Shown: positions 9,883 to 21,137, counted from the stretch's first letter. The stretch: 64,000 nucleotides of DNA from Dehalococcoidia bacterium (GCA_965207225.1 CBDBLV010000004.1:736001-800000); one strand, 5' to 3'. Made by a program: numbers and translations. The notes: generated by a model from the sequence alone, not told the origin.

Positions 9883-10750
9883 ATGACGGCTACCAACACT
9901 GCAACCACCAGGAGAGCGGAGACGGCGCTCAGGGCCGCAGCCAGGCGACGGGGGCTGACCATGGGAGAGCTGGCGGACAGGATGGGCGTGAACCCCAGCC
10001 ACCTGTCGAGCATCGCCACGGGGCGCAGGCCCTGGACCCCGGCGATGCGTGAGAAGGCGATGGATGCGCTGGGAGAGGTCCCCAGACAGGGCGTCGTCTA
10101 CCGGCAGGGGGGCGTGGTCGGCGCGGAGAGCAGCTACATCCGTGAGCGGGCACGGGAGATGGGCGGACCTTGCCGAGCGGGCGGGAGTGTCCTACGGCTA
10201 CATGATCCAGGTGTCCCGCGGCCACAGGACCATGGGAGTGAAGGTACAGGCGCGGGTCGAGTCGGCGCTGGAAGCCCCTGCGAAGGTCGCGCCCGAGCGG
10301 TGCGCCGACATGGACCGGCGCGCCGTGTGGGATCGGATGAACGCTCTCGGGGTCAGCCAGAACGAGGTCGCCCGTCGGGCCGGCGTCAGCTCAGGCCACC
10401 TCTCCCAGATCATGACCGGCCGGCGCAGTCCGTCACCTGGGGTACTGAAGAGGCTGCACGCGGCGCTCTTCCAGCCGACCCAGGCCGAAGAGCGAGTGAT
10501 GCCAGCCGAGCTGAAGGTGATGGGGTGGCGAATGGGCGACCGCCGGGGGATGGTGGTGCGCGGTGCGGGAGGACCCGGACGCGGGGACGGCGGCGGCGCC
10601 GTGCGTACCGGCGGCCGGGCGCCGGAGGGGGCCACTGTGGAGTACGCCTACCGCGCCGGGTACGACGGCCGGGGACGGGTGTCTGTGGAGCATGTGGTCG
10701 AGCGGGGCTGCTCCGCCATGCTGAAGCGGCCGGAGGCGGCTATCGCGTAA
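9883..10750 (+). pseudogene. Triple XRE-HTH regulator, frameshifted
   Basis: Three HTHs (TMGELADRMGV, LAERAGVSYGY, SQNEVARRAGVS); lacks 11 nt (ATGAGCATGCA) at ~10164 compared with the intact copy at 50426-51304. Confidence 0.85.
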
Positions 10751-11461
10751 CGCTCTTCGCGTGCGTCCTTCATCCTTCCGCCTGAGCGGAACTCAGGGAT
10801 CTCGCAGAAGGGGGATGACATCGTTGACTGAGCGATGTCATCTCTCTGGCTGCACATGTATGTCGCCCATTTTGCGTTTCTGGCGAGGCCGCTCCCTGTC
10901 GCCCAGGAATGTGTGCGGCCTTTTTTGCGTTTAAGGCCAAGTTAGACAGGAGATCCCTGGCTGCTGCGCAGGCAGATCAGACGAATGGGGCTGCGGCCTG
11001 GACGAGTAGGCATGGTCTAGGGTTACTGGGATGTCGACCGAAAACTGAAGGAGCGAACGATCCCCTTCTCGGGGTCCAACGTTCGTTGCTAACTCCGGAC
11101 GGTCATCTATGCGGCCATTCTTGCGTTTCAGGCGCTGCTCACCCTCCGCATGCGCGGGGCCGATCGTCAAACCGAACTATGATGAACAGGTAGTCGAAGT
11201 GTACGCCAAGCGCCATCTGAAAACGCCAGCGGGGTGTCCACCCGCCCAGCGTCGTGCAGCGCGGCCAGTATGCTGTAGTGAGCGCTTCCCACGGACGGGG
11301 CCGAGTCCAATGCATCCTGCATACGGCGTCCCAGGTCTAGGCTCTCTTTGATACATATGACATCTCCAGACATGATCGAGTAGGGTTACACTATGCTTGG
11401 CGAGTCCCTGGCATGCAGTACAAGTTGCCAGACTTACTTGAATATATGAAAGGTGGCAGCA

Positions 11462-12271
11462 ATGAAATCCGAGTTCTCAGAATTCTCATATGGCTTTGCG
11501 TTTACTGACGCGTTCGTTAGACGTAGGGGCAGTCTCACCACAGCTCCTGTGTTTCCGAACCTGAGGGACGAAGGGTCCAAGGGATGGGACGTGCGCCTGA
11601 ATCTTCCTGGAGCATCCTTTTTTCTGCAGTTCAAGCTCTCTGACCGTCTGACACGTCCAAACGCGACTTACTGGGCTGTTCATGGGGGAGAATACTCTCG
11701 AATTGACATTACACCGCTAGGCAGGTCGCCTCAGCACAACCTGCTAAAGGATCTGAACGACCGTGGCGAGGACAACGTGTTTTACGTCGCTCCGTTCTTC
11801 TACACGATGAGTGAATTCGATGACGCGTACATATCAAACACCATTTACGACCGTAGCCTCCTAGTCCCCGTAAGCAGACTTCGGCGCTTGACTGATTATG
11901 AAGATCACCACATTACTTTCGATGGGTCTAACGACTTTCGTTGGCACACGGACGAGGAAAATCTTCATGGCCAGCTAATTGAGGGTGACTTCTCCGCAGA
12001 ACGCTTGGACAGTCACCTTCTAGAACTATCTCGCCAAGGGTCATTTGAAACCGTAACCCGAGGTTACTTCATGAACCTCAGGGGTCTCTTAGAAGGTATT
12101 CTCGAGAGAGCGCCTGGTGTTGTACTCAAACGGTTTGAGGCCTCGGATACTGCAAATCGTGACACTGACGGTCCCTTTGGAGAAACAATGTCGGCCATCA
12201 AGTATTACCTGACGACCTACTTTGGACTTGAGATGTTCATGGTGTACCAAGAACTAGGGTCTCCGGAGTAA
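11462..12271 (+). CDS. Hypothetical protein, PD-(D/E)XK-like fold
   Basis: EFSYGF..PNLRDEGSKGWDV..FFLQFKLS nuclease-like motif; lower GC than the flanks. Confidence 0.55.
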   Translation: MKSEFSEFSYGFAFTDAFVRRRGSLTTAPVFPNLRDEGSKGWDVRLNLPGASFFLQFKLSDRLTRPNATYWAVHGGEYSRIDITPLGRSPQHNLLKDLNDRGEDNVFYVAPFFYTMSEFDDAYISNTIYDRSLLVPVSRLRRLTDYEDHHITFDGSNDFRWHTDEENLHGQLIEGDFSAERLDSHLLELSRQGSFETVTRGYFMNLRGLLEGILERAPGVVLKRFEASDTANRDTDGPFGETMSAIKYYLTTYFGLEMFMVYQELGSPE

Positions 12272-12342
12272 CTTGGCCCCAACAGCCCGAATGTATATGT
12301 GGCCAAGCGCATCCACATGGGCGCAACTGGGCTCGAATGGGT

Positions 12343-13185
12343 CTACAGTGTGGATGACCGAAAGTATCTGTTCCCCAGATAGTCCAGGTATCCCCGGTCG
12401 ACCTGTCCAAAGGCGCCCAGCCTTGCGTAGAGCTCCTGGTAGGACAATGCCTTGAACCCAAGCTCATGCCCCACCCTCTCTTCGAAGAGATCAACTTCAC
12501 TCCTGTGGGCCTCTGCCCGATCGCCTAGGTAGTCGTAGTACAGGTAGTGGAGGCTGAATCTATTGCCGAGTTGCGTAGCGAGACCAAGCGCGTGCTTGAG
12601 GAGTTGCCGCGGATCTAGGTACTCGAACCGTTGCCAATCGCCACGGCGTTCCTCTGCCCACAGCTCTTCAGCAAGGGCTTGGCAAGCGGGAAGGCCCTTC
12701 TCTGTCCACAGCTGGTGGGGTCCAGGGAAGTAGGCTGTCCTGAATTTTGACTTGCCTCGAGTCGAACGCTTCATGTGCTCTGTGAACTTGGCCTCGACGG
12801 CGATCACGAAGCCGCTGCTCTGCGTTACGGCCACATCAAGATGCGGCGGATTCCCAGGCAGGCCAGTGTCGAACTGAGCTTCGAAGTCAAGGGTTTCTCC
12901 ACCTACGTAATCTACCTCCAAGGCGACCATGAGGGGTCTCATGTCTCTGACAGTCCAGTAGTCGAAGAGGTTGGCGGTGAGCGCAGAGGATGAGTGAAGC
13001 GCTCTCATGCGGCCGCTCAATTCCTTACCGGCCCCTGCTTCAAATGCCCGCCGGGCGCGGGGAGTTAGTGGTTTCCATAAATTGTCCTCAACGCTCTCCA
13101 CGTAACCACGCGAGTCAAAGGCGATATCCTTCGACCTTGCCCAAGCCTTCTGAGCCTGCCTTATCTCTTCGTAGGAGTGTCCCAT
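12343..13185 (-). CDS. Putative restriction endonuclease-like protein (PGN_0703-like, PD-(D/E)XK)
   Basis: LHSSSALTANLF..DFEAQF..PPHLDV..AVEAKFTE..QLLKH motifs. Confidence 0.7.
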   Translation of the reverse strand: MGHSYEEIRQAQKAWARSKDIAFDSRGYVESVEDNLWKPLTPRARRAFEAGAGKELSGRMRALHSSSALTANLFDYWTVRDMRPLMVALEVDYVGGETLDFEAQFDTGLPGNPPHLDVAVTQSSGFVIAVEAKFTEHMKRSTRGKSKFRTAYFPGPHQLWTEKGLPACQALAEELWAEERRGDWQRFEYLDPRQLLKHALGLATQLGNRFSLHYLYYDYLGDRAEAHRSEVDLFEERVGHELGFKALSYQELYARLGAFGQVDRGYLDYLGNRYFRSSTL

Positions 13186-13880
13186 GCGTCTATCAGGCGC
13201 GTGTCTGCTACCGAGCCTCCCCTGAACCCATGCAAGGAAACGTTTCGACCATGAATCTAACAGAATTCGTGATCCTTATGCCGTATCATACTCTCTGCCA
13301 CCCGGATGAAGTGGATATTCCTATGTGGCCTAGTTACGGGACGGTGGTCTGGATCCACATGGGCCACCCACTATCGCGGGACACGGATTCCCTTGATAGC
13401 TGATCGTACACCTATCGGCTCATCTAAAATTAGTTTGCAGTGCGGGTAATATAGCATATGTCTCAAATGAGATTGGATTATCCACATTCAGATTCCATGT
13501 GGAGAATTCCCACATGGACGTACTTGTGGCTTTGGGACTGTTGCCTACTCTGGTTGAGGAACATGCTATTACAGGCTTCGGACTCCAGGAGGCGGACTGA
13601 GGCTGAGCTTGCGGCCCGGAAGTGCGCGCGGAGCGGTTGTCGTCGCTCTCGCCGTCAGGTGGACGCCTCAAAGCTCTAGTCCAGACTTGCGGGATATCGG
13701 CCTACCGTTAACTGCGCGATGACCGGACGGCCGACGACGAGGTTCATGATATCCTCGCGGCGGGACATCCGACTACGGACCGTCAGAACCCAAGCGCGTA
13801 TTTCGATGCCAGACGCGCCGGACTCTAAGCGTACGCCAACTTGGCGCTTGTGGCCGGGCCCGTCTGTCGAGGGATGGATT

Positions 13881-15367
13881 CTATTTTCCGGCTTCGTATT
13901 CGGAGAACGCCTGCCCGATGATCCTATCTATTCTGGGAAAGTCGTTTTCAGCGAAGTCATCTAACCATCCCATTATCTTGTCTCGCAAACGCTGAGGATC
14001 CGAAAAGTCGCCGACCTCAGTTATTGGACCTGCCCTGTAGAGACTTCTATACGATCTCAGTTCCCGATATGCGCGGTTGAAAAGGACCAAGTGTTGGCGG
14101 GTGGTCGCATATATCTTGCGCCGTATGGGTCCGTTTCCCGGGCCGAGCATCAAGACCAGATATGGATGCCCCAGCGTGTAATCAATTTCAAACAACAGCG
14201 CGGGCGAAGGTTCCCCGACCCTCCAAGCGCCTGCGGTTCCGGTTTTGAAGGAATCGAACTCGTCCCAACCATTGGAACTGAATCGGATATGATTCGGGGA
14301 CCTCCCCTCCTCTTTCCACAACGGACTTCGCGCGATTGCCTCTTGGAAGATTTGCTCCGTCTCAATTACGATGTTCGGTTTATTCTTGTAGATGAGTTCG
14401 ATGGCCTCATGATGCTCCAAGTAGATTTTGCGGGCTAGTTGCTGAGTTTCGGTGGATTCTGGCACGATACGCCTCCTCAATGCTGTGGCGTAGAATTGCA
14501 GAGCGGCGCGGGCTTCCTCACTGATTGGATCGCCCGGATTGGCGATGGTTCGTTCTACCAGTTCCAAGATGGCGGCATAGCCGACGGGAACCCAATGCGC
14601 TCGTTCCGTTTCCTCCTGAGACTGCCTTCCGGTCGGCGTCAGGAATACAAATTGTCTGGTGTAATCTGGGTACGCATCTTCCAAGACTCGACGATAGCTG
14701 GATAACTGGCGGTTGCCTTCTGGGGCTTGGATCTTGTTTTCGATGGCGCACAGGAATTTCGCGGTCGGATCCACGATGAGTATGTCTATACGGCGCTCTT
14801 CTCTACGCGCGTCGCTGGCCGACCAGTCGATGGCGTTGATTTCGCAGGCAGAGGCAACGGCGATTCCAAAGTCTTCCGCCCGCGCCGACACCTCTCGCAG
14901 GAAGTTCTTGAGGAAGTAAGCATCCGCCCGGTGGTCGCCGCTAGGGTGCAACAGCCATCTCAGAAAATTGGAGTGCGCCGCCTCCATTTGGCTGATTCCC
15001 AACGTTCCTAAGAAATCCAGCCTCGGTATCTCTGGTTTGGCCTCAGCCAGCAAATCCTCCAGTTGCGCCAAGTCGTTATCGTCGGCGAAATTCCGAAGGG
15101 ACCTCATCGCGTTCCGTTTCACTGCCGCCCCTTCGTCCGAGACCAGCCTCTCCAGCCGCGCTAGGTCAGGAACCAAGCGGTTCAAGCTCGCTGTTGTCCG
15201 TTCCCCTTCGTCCGAGACCAGCCTCTCCAGCCGCGTCAGGTCGGGAAGCAGGTGGTTCAGACTGGCTGTTGCCCGTTCCTCTTCATCCGCAACCAGCCTT
15301 CCAGTCGCGTCAACTCGGGAAGCAAGTGGTTCAAGCTCTCTGTTTCGCCATCATTGGATTGCAACAT
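13881..15367 (-). CDS. PD-(D/E)XK nuclease (PDDEXK_4-like) with N-terminal 25-aa tandem repeats; 1-nt frameshift in the first repeat
   Basis: EAAHSNFLRWLL..RREERRIDIL..IENKI..QLSSY..FVFLTPTGR; ATG 15367 has a GAGGAG RBS; frameshift near 15298. Confidence 0.75.
15129..15340 (-). repeat. Three 75-bp coding tandem repeats (SLNxLxPxLxRLERLVxDE)
   Basis: CTTCGTCCGAGACCAGCCTCTCCAGCCGCG at 15131 and 15206; a third, more diverged copy follows. Confidence 0.85.
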
Positions 15368-15513
15368 ATCACTCCTCTTTCGGAGGCTCTGGCTCTCCGT
15401 AGGGCGGTGGAGCATCTGGATATGGTCGATACAGGATCAATCGTAGCGGCGCCAAGTCCACCTCGCCGTTGCTCCCCGCCGGGTTCGAGGCTGGGCGAGG
15501 CCCACACGCCCAC

Positions 15514-18500
15514 TCAGCGTCCCTGATTGCCGAACTCTTGCAAGGTGGAGGTGGAGTCGCCGTCTATATCCGCCTTCATCGCGGGGTACTGCGCCGATGT
15601 CCCGAAGTCCCAGACCACAGCGTCCCAAGCGGAGTATATCCCGACGGCGGATGTAGGAGACTGCAACTCCGCCGTCGTCTTGCCAACGCCACCCGAACTC
15701 GCCGACAGCCCGCTGCTCCCGGTGTCCCAGTAGCTGGCGGATACCTGCGCGCGCCTGTGGCGCGAGCCGACCAGTCCTCCCGCTTGGCTGGAAGCCGTAA
15801 CGTCGCCCGTGGCGTAGCCGCTGGTGATTCTCCCCTCGTTGCGTCCCACCAATCCGCCCGCTTCACTCGATGCCGTAACGTCGCCCGTGGCGTAACCGTT
15901 CGTCATGATCGCATCGTTGCGACCGACGAGACCGCCGATCAGGGTGGCTCCCGACACGTCGCCCGTGGCGTAGCCGACCGTGAGGATCTCGTAGTTCCAT
16001 CCCACCAGGCCGCCCACGTAGTCGTCGCCGCTTACCTCCGCCGACGAGCAACCATTCTTGACGGCTCCGTCGTTCCTTCCGGTTATGCCGCCCACGTAGT
16101 CTCTGCCCGCCACGTCGCCGGAGACGCAGACGGAGGTCACACGCGAGTCGTTGTTGTACCCGACTAGGCCGCCCACCGCGTCTCTACCGGTCACGTCAAC
16201 TGACACCAGCCTGAGGTTTCTGACGGTACTCAGCCCCCCGGTATTGGCGAACAGGCCGACGCGGTCCGTGGAGTCTCTGTCTATGAACAGGTTGGAGAGC
16301 GAGCGCCCGTTGCCGTCGAAGATGGCTCGGAATTCGTTGGAAGAGTCTCCGATAGGGTCCCAGCCGCTGCCGTCGTTCCAGTAGTCGTCCTCGGAGTCCG
16401 CCGAGCCGTCGCCGTCGGTGTCGAAGTCCAGGTCTGCCGTCAACTCGTAGCCCTTGCACCCGGTGGAGGGACACCCCATGCCGTCTGACGCGCGCGGGAA
16501 CGCGACTGCGTGTGAGGCGTTCGTGGACGCCCCGTTTCCGTCTAGGTCCCACCTGACGGCGTCGAGCTGCGCCAGGCTTGACACTTCTATCAGTCCGTCG
16601 TCGTCAGCGTCGTAGTCCACGACGACGCTGAGTATCTCGATCTCCACCGTCGCGCTGTCCGTTCCGCTACGACCGTCGCTCGCTCCCACCGTCAGGGTGT
16701 AGGACGGCGTGGTCGCGTGGTCCAGCTCTCCCGCGACGCTGATGACGCCGGAGCTCTCGCCGATGGCGAACTTGCCGTCTCCGTTGCCCGCCGTGATCGA
16801 GTACGACAGCGCGTCAAGGTCTGCGGCGAATACCGTACCGACCTCGTACCCCGATGAAGCGTCTTCGGCGACGGAGAACGAGTACGCGGACTCAGAGAAC
16901 TCAGGGGCATGGTTGCAATGACCATCCCTCACCAATACGGACGACGGCTCGCCCCATTGGGCAGCGTAGCGAATCCCGTCGCCGTATGAGCGCACCCTGA
17001 ACTCGTAGGACGAAGCGCACCACAGGTCCTGCGAGGGCGCGTACCACTGATTGTCCTCTTCTGCGAACGGCGTGGTGTCAGTCCAGTCCTGAACGCCGGG
17101 AATGCGTGTCTGGAGGGCGTATTGGCTCGCGCCGGACACCGCGTTCCACGCTACCAAGTACCCGTTGCCCGCCCTCGACGAACGCAAGTTCGTGGGCGCG
17201 GGAGCGTAAGGCTCGCGTATCCGAACCATCAGCAGGTCGCCGTCCTCCCACGGCTGGGTTGTCGCCGACCAACTCAGGGCGTTGTTCGCGGCGTCCACCG
17301 TCGCGGCGGAGACGGCCAGCGACAGCGACACCGAGCCGTCCGTCTCGATGAAGTCCACGAAGTGGCCCGCGAGTCCGGTGTGCGGGCTGACCGTCATCTT
17401 CACCGCGCCGGACTCCCACTCTATGCGGCTGACGGTCGCCGCCGCGTCGTTGGCGTCGGTGAACGCGGCGGGTTTCAGAACTCCGTTCGTGGCGTCTGCT
17501 GCGACCGCCGCGCCATCCGCAACCGGGTCGAAGAAGAACTCGTGCAGGGAGCCGACGGGGGACGTCACGCTGACGAACAGCTCAATGGAGTTCCTCGCCC
17601 TGTCCGGAAGGTAACCGCAGGGGATGAACCTACTCGCCTGACGTTTTTTGTAGAAGGCGTACTCGCCGGCGGGCAGCGGACGCTTCGCTAATGTCACGCC
17701 GTTGCTGTGGGACGCGATCTCGAATAGTTCAGCGTCTCCGCCGCCGAGCCATACTCTACTGCCTTCCGCATGGGGGATCGCCTCTACAACGGTCCCGACG
17801 GGCATGCCTGACGCCAGGGAATGGTCATATCGCAGGTACGTACTCCCGCCACTCTCCTTCACGCCGTTCGCGAGAGTTTCGTCCCAGAAGCTCGCCCGGA
17901 TGCATTTGAGATGCCCCTCCACGCCCTCGCCGTCCCTGCGCCACTTCTCCATCCTCGCTGCCAGAGTCCGCATCTCAGCGACGCTAATCGTCTCGGGCTG
18001 CGTCGTCGCATCCAACAGGAAGCGCGCCTCGCCGGACGACGTCCCGGACGCGCCCGCAGACGCCGGCTCAGCCGACGGCAGCCACAATCCGTACTTGCTT
18101 TCTATCGTATAGGCGTATATGCGCCCGAAAGCGTATCGCTCGTCTCCGTCCGTCGAACCGGGCACCGGCTGCCGCGTCAGCATGATGATTGCTTCCCTGC
18201 CGTCCCAGCGCGTGTCGCGGTCGCGGGCCAGGGCTCTGGCGGCCTCCAGAGCAGCCTCCATGCTCGTATAAGGGTTCTCCATGTTGAATCTTCGCCACTC
18301 GAAAGGCTGGCCCCGAACCCCCGTCTCCATGACGCGTCTTATCTCTCCGACCCTCGATTCCACGGTTGCGACTGCGACCAGTTCGTCGCCGCCACCGCCT
18401 TTGAGGTACTCGAAAACCTCGAAGGTGAACTCCACCAGCCCTTGGTATATCTCCGTTCCGTCATCTCGCTCGCCGACGAACTCGGCCGACACCCCGGTAC

Positions 18501-18735
18501 TCTTCAGCTTTGCGCGCGCTATGACGGCGGCTTCGAACACCCGCTCATTCAACCCGGCGTCTCCTAATATGGGAGAAACGAAACTGCCAGATGACCGTCG
18601 TAGGGGCTCGACTGAATGATCGTTGTCCGCGCAGCCGGCTGCGAAGAGCGTCGTCAGCAATGCCAACGCGAGCGGCGTCAACGCGCTGGTCCATATCGAC
18701 AATGAGCGCCATGCTTGCGGTCTTCGCAGAATCAT
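15514..18735 (-). CDS. Surface lipoprotein A: family N-terminal domain + conserved module + FN3 + cadherin + GLUG repeats
   Basis: Lipobox LFAAGC; EYLKGGG and WDGREAI N-domain; SLHEFFFDPV..PWEDGDLLM module; APTNL..YEFRVRSY FN3; APEFSESAYSF..GELD cadherin; repeated VGGLVGxN GLUG motifs. Confidence 0.85.
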   Translation of the reverse strand: MILRRPQAWRSLSIWTSALTPLALALLTTLFAAGCADNDHSVEPLRRSSGSFVSPILGDAGLNERVFEAAVIARAKLKSTGVSAEFVGERDDGTEIYQGLVEFTFEVFEYLKGGGGDELVAVATVESRVGEIRRVMETGVRGQPFEWRRFNMENPYTSMEAALEAARALARDRDTRWDGREAIIMLTRQPVPGSTDGDERYAFGRIYAYTIESKYGLWLPSAEPASAGASGTSSGEARFLLDATTQPETISVAEMRTLAARMEKWRRDGEGVEGHLKCIRASFWDETLANGVKESGGSTYLRYDHSLASGMPVGTVVEAIPHAEGSRVWLGGGDAELFEIASHSNGVTLAKRPLPAGEYAFYKKRQASRFIPCGYLPDRARNSIELFVSVTSPVGSLHEFFFDPVADGAAVAADATNGVLKPAAFTDANDAAATVSRIEWESGAVKMTVSPHTGLAGHFVDFIETDGSVSLSLAVSAATVDAANNALSWSATTQPWEDGDLLMVRIREPYAPAPTNLRSSRAGNGYLVAWNAVSGASQYALQTRIPGVQDWTDTTPFAEEDNQWYAPSQDLWCASSYEFRVRSYGDGIRYAAQWGEPSSVLVRDGHCNHAPEFSESAYSFSVAEDASSGYEVGTVFAADLDALSYSITAGNGDGKFAIGESSGVISVAGELDHATTPSYTLTVGASDGRSGTDSATVEIEILSVVVDYDADDDGLIEVSSLAQLDAVRWDLDGNGASTNASHAVAFPRASDGMGCPSTGCKGYELTADLDFDTDGDGSADSEDDYWNDGSGWDPIGDSSNEFRAIFDGNGRSLSNLFIDRDSTDRVGLFANTGGLSTVRNLRLVSVDVTGRDAVGGLVGYNNDSRVTSVCVSGDVAGRDYVGGITGRNDGAVKNGCSSAEVSGDDYVGGLVGWNYEILTVGYATGDVSGATLIGGLVGRNDAIMTNGYATGDVTASSEAGGLVGRNEGRITSGYATGDVTASSQAGGLVGSRHRRAQVSASYWDTGSSGLSASSGGVGKTTAELQSPTSAVGIYSAWDAVVWDFGTSAQYPAMKADIDGDSTSTLQEFGNQGR

Positions 18736-18751
18736 CCCGTCCTCCGTACCT

Positions 18752-20971
18752 TTAGTGGGGACTGTGCCCCGCGTAGTTCGCTTCCATCGCCCTCTTGTCG
18801 TTGTCGGTCAGCCCCGGCTGCGCGGTGTTTTTCTGATACATCACGTCATCGGGTAAGTAGCCATGCCCCAGTCCGGCCGCGTGCCCGAACTCGTGTAGCA
18901 GAGTCTCGGGCCGGTAGTAGTAGTTCGCTTGCTGTGCCAAACTTTGATCTTCGGTCCACTGGGCTTCCACCAGTTCATATACACCCGGAAAGTTCTCCAC
19001 ATAGATGTGAACCGGGTTTATGACGATCATCGTCTGGTTTCCGATGTGGGAGTCGCCGAGTTCCCTGTCATCGGTGACGCAGGCCAAGGCTCCCAACCCG
19101 CCGCACCCGTCGATTCTCGGCGTCGGAGTGGACGGCGCGGCGGGTGTGGGTATGGGCGTCACCACGTCTATGGTTATGCGTCTGCCGTCCGTATTCGAGA
19201 CGCGACAGGCGCCGTCGTCGTCCCCGCAGAAGGAAACGCCCAGGGCAGCGGAGTTCCACTCGCTCGCCGCCGTCGCGATTGCCGCCGGAAAGTCGGGCGT
19301 GGGATAAGGATCGATTGGGACATGTACTGACGTCGGAGTGGGCGTGGCCGTCGGCGGCAAGTCGCCTATCCTGTACATGACGACGTTGTCGGCTTGATGC
19401 GACGCCTGTGGCATGACCACGCTGGCGTAGGTTCCCAAGTCGCGCGCGACGCCGCCGCTGTCGAATGCTCTCGCCATGATCTCCAGTTTCGAGCTTCCGT
19501 CTCCCAGTCCGCAGCGCTCGATGTAGAAGGCGTCGGTCGAAGCTTGCCACGGCGTCTGTGTGTAGGCGACGGGCGAGATCCGCCACAGACACATGTGCTG
19601 GTCGTGGCTCTTCGCCTGGATGCCCGTGGTCGACGGCGCGAGGATGGAGAACTGGTGCGAAGCCGCTTGCGCCTCCACGCCGAGATATACCGTAGCGGCC
19701 GCCATGATCTCGTCGTCGAACCTCTCCAGCGCAATGGCGGGTGAGTGAGCTTGACCGTAGATATGCGTGACCACGGGACTCGGCAGGGGGTGCGTCCTGA
19801 CGATGATCTGGTCGCCCCGCGAGTCGGCGAACTCGCCCTCGACCATGTAATTATTCCCGTCATTGGTTATCTCGGCGGTCACGCTGAATACGTAGTCCGA
19901 ATCCTCGACGAAGCCGTCCCGTCCCGCCACGGAGTGTACCGTGTGCGCTACGTCGGCGGGTGTGGCCGCGCTCAGCGCTGCGGATCCCAGGCAGTCTTGC
20001 CCAGGGAAACTGCAAAATGTACCTGAGGTTTGGTCCCATTCGAGGGTGAGTCTCGACAGGCTGTCCGGAGGGGAAGGACTCCATTACAGCTTCACGAAGA
20101 CGCTGTTAGTGCCAGGGATCACTTCTGAGATTGAGATGCTCGGCGGAACGGGCGTGTTAGTGGGAACAGGCGTGGGCGCGGGCGTGTTCGTAGGCGTCGG
20201 CCTGGGCGTTCTTGTAGGCCTGGGCGGATCGGGTGGGATGGGCGGTACTGGCGTGTATGTGGGCGTAGGCGGCGGCGAGAGCGGCATCCGCCACACTCCG
20301 CCCAACGCGGGGGAGCCGCAGTCCCGCAGCCCGGTGCGCCGACATGCCAGCAGACCGAGCTGGTACCAGTCGCCGCGCCGGATGTTCGTAAACTCGTGGT
20401 CCCCGTCTCCACTGGTAACGTCTTGGCTTCGATAGACCCTAGTGTCGGTGAATTTGCCGGTTCTGGATGCGTACAGGACGATGTTGTAGTGGAATCCGCG
20501 GCCAGGCGACGGCAGACGATACTCGACCTCGACGCTCCGGGCGGATTCGTCAACCGTGTGGGTCGGCGCGTTCAGCGACGGGAACGGAATCGGCGTGGGC
20601 GGATCATCGGGTGGTACAGGCGTATTGGTGGGCACAGGCGTGTTCGTGGGCGGCACCGGCGTATTGGTGGGCGGTACGGGCGTATTGGTGGGCACAGGCG
20701 TGTTCGTGGGCACAGGCGTGTTCGTGGGCACAGGCGTGTTCGTGGGCACAGGCGTGTTCGTGGGCACAGGCGTATTGGTGGGCGGCACCGGCGTGGGCGT
20801 ATGTGTGCAGTCCTCGAAGGGGTCTTCTTCATTGCACTCATGCTCTCCCTCGACCTGCCCGGATATGGGTTGTGAACCGGCCAACGCGACCAACAGGGCT
20901 ATCCCCAGCGCCAGGACGAACAAACCCGCCGCCGGCAGGAGTCTCGAGTGTGGTAGATTCATGCGCGCCAT
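18752..20971 (-). pseudogene. Secreted Pro/Thr-rich FN3-like protein with C-terminal matrixin-like zinc metallopeptidase, split by one in-frame TAA
   Basis: Signal peptide, (PTNTPV)n, HEFGHAAGLGH..DDVM metzincin motif. ORFs 20084-20971 and 18752-19930 are in the same frame, separated only by TAA 20084-20086. Confidence 0.85.
20615..20800 (-). repeat. 18/21-bp coding tandem repeats (PTNTPV / PPTNTPV)
   Basis: Repeated GTGTTCGTGGGCACAGGC / GTATTGGTGGGC units. Confidence 0.9.
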
Positions 20972-21137
20972 TATCGCCTCGTCACGTTTTCAGAGAATCT
21001 GGGTACAGGTACATATGTTGATCAAACGGCATAGGTAGGGCCTGATACACGGCATGATGGATCAGAGTTAGAGGCCGCCACGCCAATCGCGGCGTTTCGC
21101 GGAATACGATTCGACAATGGGTTGCTCCCTCCAAGTT

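Noticed and set aside
20084-20086. Stop-codon readthrough or alternative genetic code
   Set aside because: In-frame stops in the window include TAA, TAG and TGA and occur alongside frameshifts; intact genes use all three as normal stops, so decay or error is more likely.
20615-20800. Regular short repeats here and at 42188-42372 and 15129-15340 as CRISPR or non-coding arrays
   Set aside because: Periods are multiples of 3, there are no unique spacers, and they translate into Pro/Thr linkers or helical repeats inside genes.
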